A stretch of 64,000 nucleotides of DNA, from assembly GCF_018350175.1 (NCBI RefSeq), contig NC_058368.1, forward strand, positions 51,957,815 through 52,021,814, written 5' to 3'. Position numbers and translations under genes: made by a program. This stretch comes from Felis catus. Lineage: Eukaryota. Below the pieces are notes generated by a model. The model had not been told where the DNA came from, made no database searches, and was given only the letters and a program-made list of their open reading frames with translations. Within the stretch, counting starts at the first letter, position 1, and each line of letters opens with the position of its first letter. Of the stretch, positions 40,448 to 53,989 are shown piece by piece.

Positions 40448-40612
40448 CAGGCATCTGGGTAGCTCAGTCGGTTAAGCTTCTGGTTTCCAGCCACGCATGG
40501 GACTCTCTGCTGTCAGCACAGAACCTGCTTTGGATCCTCTGTCCCCTCCTCTCTCGTCCCTCCCCTGCTTGTGCACGTGCTTTCTCTTTCAAGAGTAAAT
40601 AAACATTTTAAA
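40448..40612 (+). mobile_element. Can-SINE with internal deletion, inserted in an antisense MIR (~40380-40790)
   Basis: TSD atatactttcact 40435-40447/40617-40629. Confidence 0.85.
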
Positions 40613-41891
40613 AAATATATACTTTCACTAATTTTCAGAACAGCCCTCCAGGGAGGGTTTTCTCATTCCCATTTTGTAGGTGTGGACCCTGAAGTTCAAG
40701 GTTGAGTGATTTGCTCAAGGCCACATAATTATTAGCAGGAGAGGCAGGATACAACCCACTTGTTTGGGACCCTAAAGCCCCAGGTCTTTTCCCTGGGCGA
40801 ACCCTCCTCTCACAGCAAAGTATCCACAACAAACTTTTTTGGATCCTTAGACAAGTTTAGCATCACACTTCTGCAGACTTCGGTCTTCCCTTTGCTCTGA
40901 CATTAGTGACTGCCCCAGGCACTAGCATTTCAGTGCACAAGGCAGCAATTATTTATGACTTGGAGATTTGCAGCCTGGGGCTGGTTTACGGGAACTGTTT
41001 TGAACAAAAACAAAAGGAACTCTTTTCTCGGATGTTCCAGGATTCTTTGATTCTTTGATCCAGAGGGGCTCTGTCTTCTATGGGAGATGTGGAGGATGAG
41101 TACACGCCGAAGAAAGGCCTTTTCCAGGCCGGTGGCCTTGCTTGTTTGTAGGAGTCTAACATTCATACCAAATCTCATCAACCTCAGCAGTTCCTTTATG
41201 ATCACTTAAAACTCCCTGTATGTGTCCAGATGGGTAAGGACAACTGAGGAGTGAATGGGATGGTGTCCAGGCATCGGCACGTGAAACACACATCATCTCC
41301 CTAGTGAATTTATATTTAATCTTTGTCTCTGGAATGTGGTGAGAAATGAATACCTGTCAGGCATATAACTCCCTACTGCCGCCCCCACCTTCTGATCGCT
41401 TTTCAAACTCTGACCCTTTTGTAAAGACTTAGCTAATGCTTCACCGGATCAGGAATCCTTTCTGATCTTTTTATGCCCAGGGCTAGGTGGCCATACCATG
41501 CTCCATGGCACTCGTATTGCATTTACCAGGTTAGTATTATAATAAATATTTGTGTCTGATAATAATTTAAAACATGAGACAAGGACTATATCTTTTTCAT
41601 GTTTGTACTACCAGTACACAAACATCCTGAAAATTCTCAGTATGTGTTTGAGAAGACTTGAATTGCATTTTATTTATTTATTTATTCAGTAAATATTTAG
41701 TGGGCATCTACTATGTAAAGACACAAAGAAGAGGAAAATCAGACACCATCTGCTTTGCCTTTTTTTTTCTTCTAAGACCCATCAGTTAATGAAGGGATGG
41801 TGACTGAGATAAAGTGTAATGCACAAGTCTGGTTAAACAAAGGGAAAACCAAATCATTACAATAATAACGATTATTATTATAGGGAAGGAG

Positions 41892-41901
41892 CCAAGATGG
41901 C
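41892..41901 (+). promoter_or_regulatory. YY1-type site at the L1 5' end
   Basis: ccaagatggc at +10 of the L1, the conserved position in mammalian L1 promoters. Confidence 0.7.
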
Positions 41902-43164
41902 AGAACAGCATGGAAGTTTTTTGTGTGTGTCACGTCCATGAAATACAGCCAGACCAACACTAAACCATCCTGCACACCTAGAAAACTGATCTGAGGATTA
42001 ACACAACAATCTGCACAACTGAACCACAGAATTCAGCAGGTACGCAGCGCAGGAGGTGACCTGGGGAGAGAAGCTGCCGAGGGCAGGGAGGTGCTTTTGT
42101 GGGCTGAGAGAGAGGACAGGGACAGTGGGGAGAATACAAGAAAAGCACCCCTCCCCAAATGCAGCTGGAGAGAAAATGGAAAATTGGAAACAGCCGCAGG
42201 GACTAAACTAAAAAGGGAGAAAGGAGAAAGGAGAAGGTTTAAATTCCATTAAGACTGTAAACAAGGGGAGTGCAAAGGCTGCAACTCCCCAGCTCCATAC
42301 CTGGCGGTGCTCTGGTGGGAAGGGCGAATCCCCAGGAGCAGAGTGGGGTCCGGGAGGTTCTCAGGCCACAGGGGGAGAAGCGGTTCCACTGCTGGAAGGA
42401 CATTTAGCAGAAGCTGTTGAGGCCACCTGGTCCCAGCAGACCCTAGAGAACGGCCACATTTGCTGGTGCTGGAACAAGGTTGTTGAGGGTGAAGCCTGGT
42501 GCCAGGTGTGTGTTGTGATTTTCCATGGTCCCTGAAACGCTGAGGCTACACTATCTCGCGATCTTTTTCCGGGGTGGGCTGGCACCTGGCTGCAATCTCT
42601 GGCCTTCGGCAGCAGCACGGTCCTACAAACTTTCCTGGGTGTGGCCGGCATTTGACCATTGCTTGGTAAGCCCCTCCTGCAGAGGGGCAGAACAGGCCAA
42701 AGCTGCAGTCCTTCAGAAGTAAGGGGCTGGGGAAAACAGCCATGTCTGAGACAAAACTCAGGAGAGAGGTACTACCTGGGGCTTGGTCACAGGCAGTGTA
42801 AAAGAGGGGAGTGGATGAAAGCTAAAGACAAAGGAGGGGTGCGCGATTGCTGATCGGGGAGAAAGGAGTTCAGACTAGAGACTGAGTAGATGGGTGACGC
42901 CATTTTCACCACTCCTGCGCATGTGTATACGCACCTACAAGCGCCACAACAACCCACCCCAGTAAGTTAGCAGCACCATCTAGTGGAGAGGGGAGCCGTT
43001 ACACTGAGCCCCGCCCAAATGGGCCAACTTGGCTGTTTAAGAACACAAGTCTCACCACCTGCTTAGTTTATGGACTATAAAGCTCTTCATAGTCTGACTT
43101 CTAGGGGAAAGTGAAGTAATTTCAGTCGTATTTCAGTCTGTTAGCAGGTCCACCTATTCAATTT

Positions 43165-43700
43165 TTTTTCTTCTTTTTTCTTTTTTCTCTTTTTCATTTC
43201 TTTTTCTTGGATACAGAAAAAGAAAAAAATCATTTTTATTTTCAATTTTTATTAAAAATTTCTTTATTTTTTTACTATATTTTTTTACTTTTGTGTATTT
43301 TTTTCAAATTCTATTTTATTTCTATCATTTTATTTTAGTCTACTTCAGTGTATTCATTTTTTCAAATTTTCAAACGATTTCCTTTTTTTCTTTTTTTTTG
43401 TCTCTTTTTCATTTCTTTTTCCTGAATACAGAAAGAGAAATAATTCATCTTTATTTTTAATTTGTATTAAAAATAATTTTCTTTAATTTTTTTCTACTAT
43501 ACTTTTTACTTTTGTGTAATTTTTTCAATTTCTAGTTTACTTCCATCATTTCATTTTAGTCTACTTCAGTGTATTCATTTTTTCAAATTTTCAAATTTAA
43601 ATTCAAAGATTTTGAATTGAATTTGAATTGAATTGAATTGAAATTGAATTGAATTTTGAAATTTCAAATTTTGAATTCAAACGATTTCCTTTTTTTTTCT
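43165..43700. repeat. Two tandem T-rich units (~220 bp) in the L1 5' UTR
   Basis: attttagtctacttcagtgtattcatttttttcaaattttcaaa occurs at ~43332 and ~43553; cgatttcc at 43375 and 43682. Confidence 0.9.
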
Positions 43701-43884
43701 TCTTTCCCCTTTTTTCTCTAATCTATCAAGTCACTTTCAACACCTAGACCAAAACACCCCTAGGATCTAGCATCATTTATTCGATTGGTGTGTGTGTGTG
43801 TAATTTTTAATTTTAATATTTTTTAATTTTAATTTTTTTAATTTTAATTTTTTCTATCTCATTAATTCCTTTTCTCCCTTCAAA

Positions 43885-44754
43885 ATGAAAAAAGAAGGAA
43901 TTCACCCCAAAAGAAAGAGCAGGAAGAAACAACAGCCAGGGACTTACCCAACACAGATACAAGCAAGATGTCTGAACCACAATTTAGAATCATGAATAAG
44001 TAATAAGAATACTGGCTAGAGTTGAAAATAGATTAGAATCCCTTTCTGCAGAGATAAAAGAAGTAAAAACTAGTCAGGATGAAATAAAAAAAATGCTATA
44101 ACTGAGCTGTAATCACGGATGGATGCCGTGGTGGCAAGGATGGACGAGGCAGAACAGAGAATCAGCGATATAGAGGACAAACTTATAGAGAATAATGAAG
44201 CAGAAAAAAAGAGGGAGATTAAGGCAAAAGAGCATGATTTAAGAATTAGAGAAATCAGTGACTCATTAAAAAGGAACATCAGAATCATAGGGGTCCCAGA
44301 GGAGGAAAAGAGAGAAATAGGGGCAGAAGGGTTATGTGAGCAAATCATAGTGGAAAACTTTCTTAATCTGGGGAAAGACACAAACATCAAAATCCAGGAA
44401 ACACAAAGGACTCCCATTAGATTCAACAAAAAACGACCATCAACAAGGCATATCATAGTCAAATTCACAAAATACTCAGGAAGGAGAGAATCGTGAAAGC
44501 AGCAAGGAAAAAAAAGTCCCTAACCTAGAAGGGAAGACAGATCAGGTTTGCAGCAGACCTATCTACAGAGACTTGGCAGGCCAGAAAGGAATGGCAGGAT
44601 ATATTCAATGTGCTGAATCAGAAAATTATGCAGCCAAGAATTCTTTATCCAGCAAGGCTGTCATTCAAAATAGAAGGAGAGATAAAAAGTTTCCCAAACA
44701 AAGGTTGTGACCACTAAACCATCCCTGCAAGAAATTTTAAGGGGAACTCTCTGA
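43885..44754 (+). pseudogene. L1 ORF1p (coiled-coil RNA-binding protein), frameshifted and with stops
   Basis: Fragment 44119-44496 RMDEAEQRISDIEDK...NIRIIGVPEEE...RHIIVKF; ends ctctga. Confidence 0.9.
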
Positions 44755-44875
44755 GGGGAGAAAAGATGAAAATATAAAAAATAAATGAATAAACAAACAA
44801 ACAAATACCAAAAGCAACAAAGATTAGAAAGGACCAGAGAATATCTCCAGAAACTCCAACTCTACAGGCAACATA

Positions 44876-47800
44876 ATGGCAATAAATTCATATCTTTCAG
44901 TACTCACTCTAAATGTCAATGGACTCAATGCTCAAATCAAAAGACATAGGGTAACAGAATGAATAAGAAAACAAGACCCATCTATATGCTGTTTACAAGA
45001 GACCCACTTTAGACCTAAAGACACCTTAAGATTGAAAATAAGGGGATGGATAACCATCTATCATGCTAATGGTCAACAAATAAAGCTGGAGTAGCCATAC
45101 TTATATCAGGCAATCTAGACTTTAATAAAGATTGTATCAAGAGATGAAGACGGGAATTATATCATAATTAAGGGGTCTATCCACCAAGAAGACCTAACAA
45201 TTGTAAACATTTATGTGCCAAATGTGGAAACACCCAAATATATAAATCAATCACAAACATAAAGAAACTCATTGATAATAATACCATAATGGTAGGGGAC
45301 TTCAATACCCGACTCACAGCAATAAACAGATCATCTAATCAAAAAATCACCAAGGAAACAATGGCTTTGAATGACACACTGGACCAGATGACACACTTCA
45401 CAGATATATTCAAAACATTTCATCCTAAAACAGCAGAATATACATTCTTCTCCAGTGAACATAGAACGTTCTACAGAATAGACCACATACTGGGACACAA
45501 ATCAGCCTTCAGTGAGTACAAAAAGATCGAGATCACACTGTGCATATTTTCAGACCACAATGCTATGAAACTTGAAATCAACCCCAAGAAAAAATTTGGA
45601 AAGGTAACAAATACTGGGAGACTAAAGAACATCCTACTAAAGAATGAATAGGCTAACCAAGAAGTTAAAGAGGAAATTAAAAAGTTCATGGACGCCAATG
45701 AAAATGATAACACCACAATCCAAAACCTCTGGGATGCAGCAAAGGCGGTCACAAGAGGAAAGTATATAGCAATGCAGGCCTTCCTAAAGAAGGAAGAGAG
45801 ACCTCAGGTATACAAACTAACCTTACTCCATAAACAGCTGGAAAAAGAACAGCAAATAAAATCCAAAACCAGCATAAGGCAGGAAATAATAAAGATTAGA
45901 GCAGAAATTAATGCTATCAAAACCAAAAAACAAAACAAAACAAAACAAAACAGTAGAACAGATCAATGAAACCAGAAGTTGGTTCTTTGATAGAATTAAC
46001 AAAATTGATAAACCACTAGCCAGTTTGATCAAGAAGAAAAAGGAAAGGACCCAAATAAATGAAATCAAGAATGAAAGAGGAGAAATAACAACCAACACAG
46101 CAGAAATAAAAACAGTAATAAGAGAATATTATGAGCAATTATATGCCAATAAAATGGGCAATCTGGAAGAAATAGACAAATTCCTAGAAACATATACACT
46201 ACCAAAACTGAAATAGGAAGAAACAGAAAATTTGAACAGACCCATAACCAGTAAGGAAATGGAATTAATAATCAAAAATCTCCCAAAAAACAAGAGTTCA
46301 GGGCCAGATGGCTTCCCAGGGGAATTCTACCAAAGATTTAAGGAAGAGTTAACACCTATTCTCTTGAAGGTGTTCCAAAAAGTTGAAATGGAAGGAAAAC
46401 TTCCAAACTCATTCTATGAATCCAGCATTACCTTGATTCCAAAACCTGACAGAGACCCCACTAAAAAGGAGAACTATAGACTAATTTGCCTGATGAACAT
46501 GGATGCAAAAATCCTCAACAAGATATTAGCCAACCAAGATAATGTCCAACAAGACATTAAAAAAATTATTCACCACGACCAAGTGGGATTTATCCCTGGG
46601 ATGCAGGACTGGTTCAATATCCGCAAAACAATTAATGTGATTCATCACATCAATGAAAGAAAGGACAAGAACCGTATGATTCTCTCAATAGATGCAGAGA
46701 AAGCATTTGACAAAATACAGCATCCTTTCTTGATAAAAACCCTCAAGAAAGTAGGGATAGAAGGATCATACCTCAAGATCATAAAAGCCATATACGAAAG
46801 ATCCAATGCAAATATCATCCTCAATGGGGGAAAACTGAGAGCTTTCCCTCTAAGGTCAGGAACAAGACAGGGATGTCCACTCTCAACCACTGTTATTCAA
46901 CATAGTATTGGAAGTCTTAGCTTCTGTAATCAGACAACACAAAGAAATAAAAGACATCCAAATTGGCCAGGAGGAGGTCAGACTTCCACTCTTCACAGAT
47001 GACATGATACTCTATATGGAAAACCCAAAAGATGCCACCAAAAACCTGGTAGAACTGATTCATGAATTCAGCAAAGTGGCAGGATATAAAATCAGTGCAC
47101 AGAAATTGGTTGCATTCCTATACAGCAACAATGAAGCAACAGAAAGAGAAATCAAGGAATTGATCCCATTCACAATTGCACCAAAACCCATAAAACACCT
47201 TGGAATAAATCTAACCAAAGAGGTGAAAAATCTATACACTGCAAACTATAGAAAGCTTATGAAAGAATTTGAAGAAGACACCAAAAAATGGGAAATGATT
47301 CCATGCTCCTGGATAGGAAGAACAAATATTGCTAAAATGTTGATACTACCCAAAGCAATCTACATATTCAATGCAATCCCTATCAAAATAACACTAGCAT
47401 TCTTCACAGAGCTAGAACAAATAATCCTAAAATTTGTATGGAACCAGAAAAGACCCCGAATAGCCAAAGCAATCTTGAAAAAGAAAACCAAAGCAGGAGG
47501 CATCACAATCCCAGACTTCAAGCTATACTACAAAGCTGTAATCATTAAGACAGTATGGTACTGGCACAAGAACAGACACTCAGATCAATGGGGCAGAATA
47601 GAGAACCCAGAAATGGACCCACAAACATATGGCCAACTAATCTTTGACAAAGTGGGAAAGAATATCCAATGGAATAAAGACAGTCTCTTCAACAAGTGGT
47701 GCTGGGAAAACTGGACAGCGACATGCAGAAGAATGAACCTGGACCACTTTCTTATACCATACACAAAAATAAACTCAAAGTGGATGAAAGACCTCAATGT

Positions 47801-48702
47801 AAGACAGGAAGCCATCCAAATCCTCGAGGAGAAAGCAGGCAAAAACCTCTTTGATCTTGGCTGCAGCAACTTCTTACTCAACACGTCTCTGGAGGCAAGG
47901 GAAACAAAAGCAAACATGAACTACTGGTACCTCATCAAAATAAAAAGCGAAGGAAACAATCAGCAAAACTAAAAGGTAACTGACACAATGGGAGAAGATA
48001 TTTGCAAACGACATATCAGATAAAGGGTTAGTATCCAAAATCTATAAAGAACTTCTCAAACTCAACACCCAAAAACCAAATAATCCAGTGAAGAAATGGG
48101 CAAAAGACATGCATAGACACTTCTCCAAAGAAGACATCCAAATGGGCAACCGACACTTGAAAAAATGCTCAACATCACTCATCACCAGGGAAATACAAAT
48201 CAAAACCACAATGAGATACCACCTCACACCTGTCAGCATGGCTAACATTAACAACTCAGGCAATAACAGATGTTGGCGAGGATGCAGAGAAAGAGGATCT
48301 CTTTTGCATTGTTGGTGGGAATGCAATCTGGTGCAGCCACTCTGGAAAACAGTATGAAAGTTTCTCAAAAAACTAAAAATAGAACTACCCTACAACCCAG
48401 CAATTGCACTACTAGGCATTTATCCAAGGGATACAGGTGTGCTGTTTCGAAGGGACACATGCACCCCCATGTTTATAGCAGCACTATCAACAGTAGCCAA
48501 AGTATGGAAAGAGCCCAAATGTCCATCGATGGATGAATGCATAAAGAAGAAGTGGTATATATATACAATGGAGTATTAGTCGGCAATCAAAAAGAATGAA
48601 ATCTTGCCATTTGCAACTACGTGGATGGAATTGGAGGGTATTATGCTAAGTGAAATTAGTCAGTCAGAGAAAGACAAAGATCATATGACTTCACTCATAT
48701 GA
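44876..48702 (+). pseudogene. L1 ORF2p (APE endonuclease, reverse transcriptase, CCHC domain), broken into several ORF pieces
   Basis: MAINSYLSVLTLNVNGLN start; [47 protein letters not shown]-x7-H-x4-C. Confidence 0.95.
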
Positions 48703-49739
48703 GGACTTCAAGAGACAAAACAAATGAACATAAGGGAAGGGAAACAAAAATAATATAAAAACAGGGAGGGGGACAAAACAGAAGAGACTCATAAATATGG
48801 AGAACAGAGGGTTGCTGGAGGGGTTGTGGGAGGGGGGATGGGGTAAATGGGTAAGGAGCATTAAGGAATTTACTGAAATCATTGCTGCAGTATATACTAA
48901 CTAATTTGGATGTAAATTTTAAAAAATGAAAAATTAAGTTAAATAAAAAAAAAGAAATAAAATGAGAAGGTGATTGCTTTATGCTCAGCTCCCATTTGTG
49001 ATCTCTCCTCCCCCCTCATACCTTCCCCTGGTTTAGGGAAGTTTTCTTGGCAACAGCTCTTCAGAATTCACTGTCATATGCTTGGAGCCAGACAGGGCTG
49101 ATTTAGAATCTATACCCCTTATCCTTTACTAGTTATTCAAACTCTCTGAGCCTCAGTTTCCTTGTCTGTAAAGTGCAAATAGTAATGTCACTCTTGTGGA
49201 GTCTTTTTCTAAAGTAGAACCAATGAATAGAAACCACCTGGGCGAAAGCTAGATTCCTGGGCACAGTTAACAAAATTCTTTCCTCCTCTTTAGATCTTTG
49301 AATTCATCTTGATTAATTTTTGTTGTATTTACATTATACTGTTGGAACTACAGACTCTGGAATCAAAGTTACTGAGTACTCATCTCCTCTAGAATATCTA
49401 CGAGTAACTAAATAACCATAAAGGAAAACTCACTTTGCTCCCCTGTAAACAAGAAGTAATAAAACTCACTCTGTAGGGTTACTGGGAAGATGAAATAAGA
49501 TTATGTCCCCTTAAGGATTTGCCACTTGGTTATGATTTTCACTCCTGGATTTATATATTAACACACAGTTTTAAAGAGCATAATGATACATTTCCCTTTT
49601 TACAAATGTTGCTTTTTTTTTTTTTTTTTTAACTGAAGACTATCAGGCTGTTTTCTGAAATTTTACTGTTTCAAGAGGTTTTCATTTGCTACAAGCATAT
49701 TTCGTTTGCTCAGTGTCTCCATTCTTTTGTAGAACAGTT

Positions 49740-50241
49740 GTAAAACTTTCTAGTAGCCACATTCAAAAAGTAAAAAGAAATAGCTGAAATTAATTTTAAG
49801 AATATGTGATTTAGGGGCACCTGGGTGGCTCAGTTGGTTAAACGTCCGACTCTTGATTTCAGCTGAGGTCATGATCTCACGGTTCATGGGTTTGAGTCCC
49901 GCACTTGGCTCTGGGCTGACAGTGCAGAGCCTGCTTGGGATTCTCTCTCTCCCTCCCTTGCTGCCCCTCCTCTGCTCGTGCTCTCTTTCTCTCAAAAATA
50001 AATAAATAAACATTACCAAAAGGAACATGTAACTTAACCCAAGCTATCCCAAATATCACCATTTCAACAAGTTATCAATACAAAAACTATGAATGAAACA
50101 TTTTACATTCTTTTTTCAGACTATATATCTGAGATTGTGTGAATATTTTACACTTACAGCACATATCAATCTGGACCAGCTACATCACAAGTACTTAATT
50201 GGCGCATGTGGGCCAGTAGCTGCAGCATGAGACAGCGCAGG
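49740..50241. mobile_element. MER33-like hAT-Charlie relic split by a SINE
   Basis: ctagtagccacattcaaaaagtaaaaagaaa; attttacacttacagcacatatcaat; terminal gacagcgcag. Confidence 0.75.
49814..50020 (+). mobile_element. Can-SINE
   Basis: ggggcacctgggtggctcag head; diverged TSD 49798-49813/50021-50036. Confidence 0.92.
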
Positions 50242-51019
50242 TCTGGGGCGAACCTCCACCTTGGGAGGATGACAGGGATGGACAGGTGGATTTTAGACAA
50301 ATCTTCACAGTGAAGCTCGGCTGTTCTCCAGGCCGCATGGGGTGAATTTAGAGAGGTTTCCCAGAGAGAAAATTAAATCTCTGCTGTCCCTTTAAAGAGT
50401 CTACATCTAGAGCTAGGGGTGAGTGGTGGTGCAAATGGGTGCCAGTCCTCACTGGACAGAGACACTGAATCTTCCAATCTATTGTGTAATTTTGGTGTGA
50501 ACAAATAATAGGAAAAAATGATGTATTTTTAAAGTGGATTTTTTATTTTGTATATACTTAGGTCTTTTGGGAAGTATCATGGGTGCGGAATGAAGTTTGA
50601 AAAACTTGTTCCAAAAATGTGAAGGGATTGGAGAGAAAAACTTACCTTCTTTTTGTTTATTTAGGATTTTGAACTGTTTATCAATAATAGAACACAGGAC
50701 AATACTTCTCTGTATAGCCATGGAGAAGCATAACAAAACAGAAGGTTTGTTTACTCACCGTGCATCTAGAAGTTCACAAAAACAGATCCAGAACTAAGAG
50801 AATAAACGTTTCCATTTCTTTGTCCATAAAATGGGGATGTTAATAAATTTCCTGACATATTTAATCTTCTCCAAGATATTATGTATGTTGCGTTTATACA
50901 TCCATATGTATGGACATTATAGATTCGTAATGTTTTGGGTAAGGTTAAATAAGAGAATTGAAGTAAAGGAATTAGCACAGTGCTTGGCACTGAGTAAGTG
51001 CTCAATAAATGTTAGTTGC

Positions 51020-52967
51020 TTTTAAACAGCTTCACTGAGGTATAATTTATACCATAAAATTCTTTCATTTTAAGTGTAGAATTCAGTAATTTTTCAGATA
51101 TTTGGAGAGTTGTGCAACAATCACCCCAATGTAGTTTTAGGACATCTTCTTTTTGTCTGCTTGCAGTCAATTCTCACATTCCCAGCCCAGATAAATATTG
51201 ATCTGCTTTCTGTGTCTCTAGAGTTGTCTTTTCCTAAACAATGTGTATAAATTGAATCATATAGTATGTATCTTCTGGGTCTGGCTTCTTTTCTTTTTGA
51301 AGTTCAACTATGTCATAGCAGGTATCAGTAGGGTGTTTCTTTTTTGCCTCATTGTGTCATATACTGCATTTTGAAAAATGTATTCACCACTTGATGGTTG
51401 TTCCCAATTTGGGGATATTATGAATAAGGCTGCTGTGAACATATATGTTTTATGTGGACATACGTGTTCATTTCTCTTGAGAATTGCTAGGTTGAATGGT
51501 AAGTGTGTATTTAACTTTTTAACAAACTGCCAAATTGTTTTCCAAAGTGCCTGCACATCTTATGTTCCCACCAGCAATGTCTGAGGGTTAGAATTTCTCC
51601 ACCTTCTTGCTCCCACATGTTATTATCTCTTTTTGCATATCACAGCCACTCTGTGTACAATTATGTCTCATTGTGGTTTTAACTTACATTTCCCTAAAGA
51701 CTAATAATGTTGAATGTTTTTTCATGTGTCTAGTAGTGTTTGGTAGCATCTTTTTGTTTGGTGAAATATTCATTAAGACAATTGCCCGTTTTTTAATTGG
51801 GTTGTTCATCTTTTAATTACTGACTGGTAAGTGTTCTTTAAATATTCTATATACAAGTCCTGTATAAGATATATGCTTTGTAAGTATTCTTTATGGCTTA
51901 TCAATTTCTTAAGAATGTGTTTTGAAGAGCAAAATGATTTTAATTTATATAAAGTTGAATTTATCAATTTTTAAATAGATCTTTCTTTTGTGTCATATCT
52001 AAGAAATTTTTATCTAATCTCACAAAGACTTTTCTTTGTTTTTTTATTGAGATATATTTGACATAGAATATTATGTTAGTTTCAGGTGTACAACATGATT
52101 CAATATTTGTAGATATTGCAGTGATCACCACAATAAGTCCAGATTTTTTTGTTATAAAAATTTCTGTTTTTCTAGTAGTTTTCTAGGAGCTTTAGTTTTT
52201 ACATTTGTATTTATGGTGTTTTTTGAGTTAGTTTTTGTGTAATGGTGTGAGGTGAGAATCTAAATGTTTTCTTCTTTTTCTTTTTTTTTTTTCATATGTC
52301 TATCTTGTCTTAGCAGCATTTGTTGAAAACAGTATCCCTTCTCTTATTGAATTGTGTTAGCATCTATACATCTATATTTAATTTAAAAGTAAATTAACCA
52401 TAAATATTAAGATTTATTTCTGGACTTTCAATTCTGTTCCATTGATCTATACATCTATTCTCATGCCAACACAACACTGTCTTACTACTTTAGCCTTACA
52501 ATGAGTGTTGAAACTGGACAATCCCAATCTTTTCCATTTTTTTTCTTCTTTTTCAAAATAGTTTCGACTATTGTTGGTCCTTTACATTGCCATATATATA
52601 TTTTAGGATCAGTTTGTGAACTTATACAAAAAAATCCCCTGGGGATTTTGATCAGGATTGTACTGAATCTATAGATTGATTTGGGAATAATTATACTTTT
52701 AACAATATTAAATCTTTCAGTTCATGAGCATGAAATATCTCTTAATTTAGATCTTTTAAATTTGCTTTCAGGAATTTTTTGTAGTTTAGTGCATAACTCT
52801 TCTCCTTTTTTAAAATTAGATTTATTTTTAAGTATTTTACTCTTTGATTCTTCCACCAATGAAATTTTATTCATTTTATTTTTGATTATGGCTACTGTAT
52901 AAAAACACAATTGATTTGCCTAAGTTGATCTTTTAACTGGTGAATTTCCTATATTTGCTTATAAGTT

Positions 52968-53011
<44 letters not shown>

Positions 53012-53450
53012 ATGATTTTGTACATTCAGGATGATGTCATCCTCAAAAAGTTTTACTTATTTCTTTCCAATATGAATACCTTTAATTTTTTTCTCACCTG
53101 ATTGTAGTGGCTAGAACCCAGTACACATTGAATGGGAATGGTGACAGTGGACATTTTTGCCTGTTTCCAATCTTGGATGGAGCATTTCTCTTCTACCAGT
53201 AAGTCTGATGATAGTTATTTTTCAAATGCCCTTTATCAGGTTGAGGAAGATCCTTTCTGCTCTCTTCTCATTTGTTCAGAACATGTATCGTGCATAAGTG
53301 TTGGACTTTGTCAAATATAGTTTTATCCTTTATTCTATTAATATGGTATATTACATTAATTGACTTCCAGATTTTAAGTCCACCTTACAGACCTGGGATA
53401 GATCTCCCTTGGTCAAGTTGTATGGTTCCTTTTTGAATGTTGTTGCTTCT
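51020..53450 (-). mobile_element. Ancient L1MB-like element, with nested L1 3' tip (~52035-52140) and (TG)n at 52977-53010
   Basis: aacagcttcactgaggtataattta 3' end; minus ORF MQALWKTIWQFVKKLNTHLPFNLAI is L1 ORF2 C-terminus-like. Confidence 0.85.
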
Positions 53451-53989
53451 TTCCATTCTTTGGTATCACCATTGTGCAAAACCTTCTTAAAGTAAGTAGA
53501 GTAACAGTTGATTTCCAAGGATCATTTATTTCCTTGGAAATCAAAATAGTGGGAAGTATTTGGGTACCAGGAATGGCTGCTCACTGCTGTGCCTCCTTGT
53601 CCTCCACTCAAACCCGAATGTTTTGTTCTGTGGCTGTGTCTTTTCTTACCTATCTCTCACTGAGAATTCTTCTGCAGGCTGTGAAATCGGAAGGGCATTT
53701 TAAGCATTCTTCTCAAAACACCATGACTTTCTATTAGCAGTCTTAAGAGAAAATAGTCATTTTTGAACAATGCCCTGGTATCTGCGTAATATTCCAAAAA
53801 CGCCGTGACTGTTTAATTGACTCCCACTTTACATGACTGTGTGGTTCAGCTGCCACTCTCTATTACCTCTGTAAACAGGCTGACCATTGCTCATGGCATG
53901 GTAAACACTCACAGGGAACAGGACATTCTCTCTGGTATTCCCAGTTCTGTTCCCACCATTTGAATTGTGTGCTAGCAAGACTCTGTTGT

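Larger units (their letters stand above)
41883..48953 (+). mobile_element. Full-length (~7.1 kb) felid LINE-1, inactivated
   Basis: 5' start gggaaggagccaagatggc, GC-rich then T-rich 5' UTR, ORF1, ORF2, 3' UTR with G-rich tract, A-tail. Confidence 0.97.

Noticed and set aside
43165..43700. CRISPR-like or novel repeat array
   Set aside because: Two tandem L1 5' UTR units without spacers; eukaryotic context
41883..48953. Active L1 or novel reverse-transcriptase system
   Set aside because: Standard L1 layout with multiple stops and frameshifts in both ORFs
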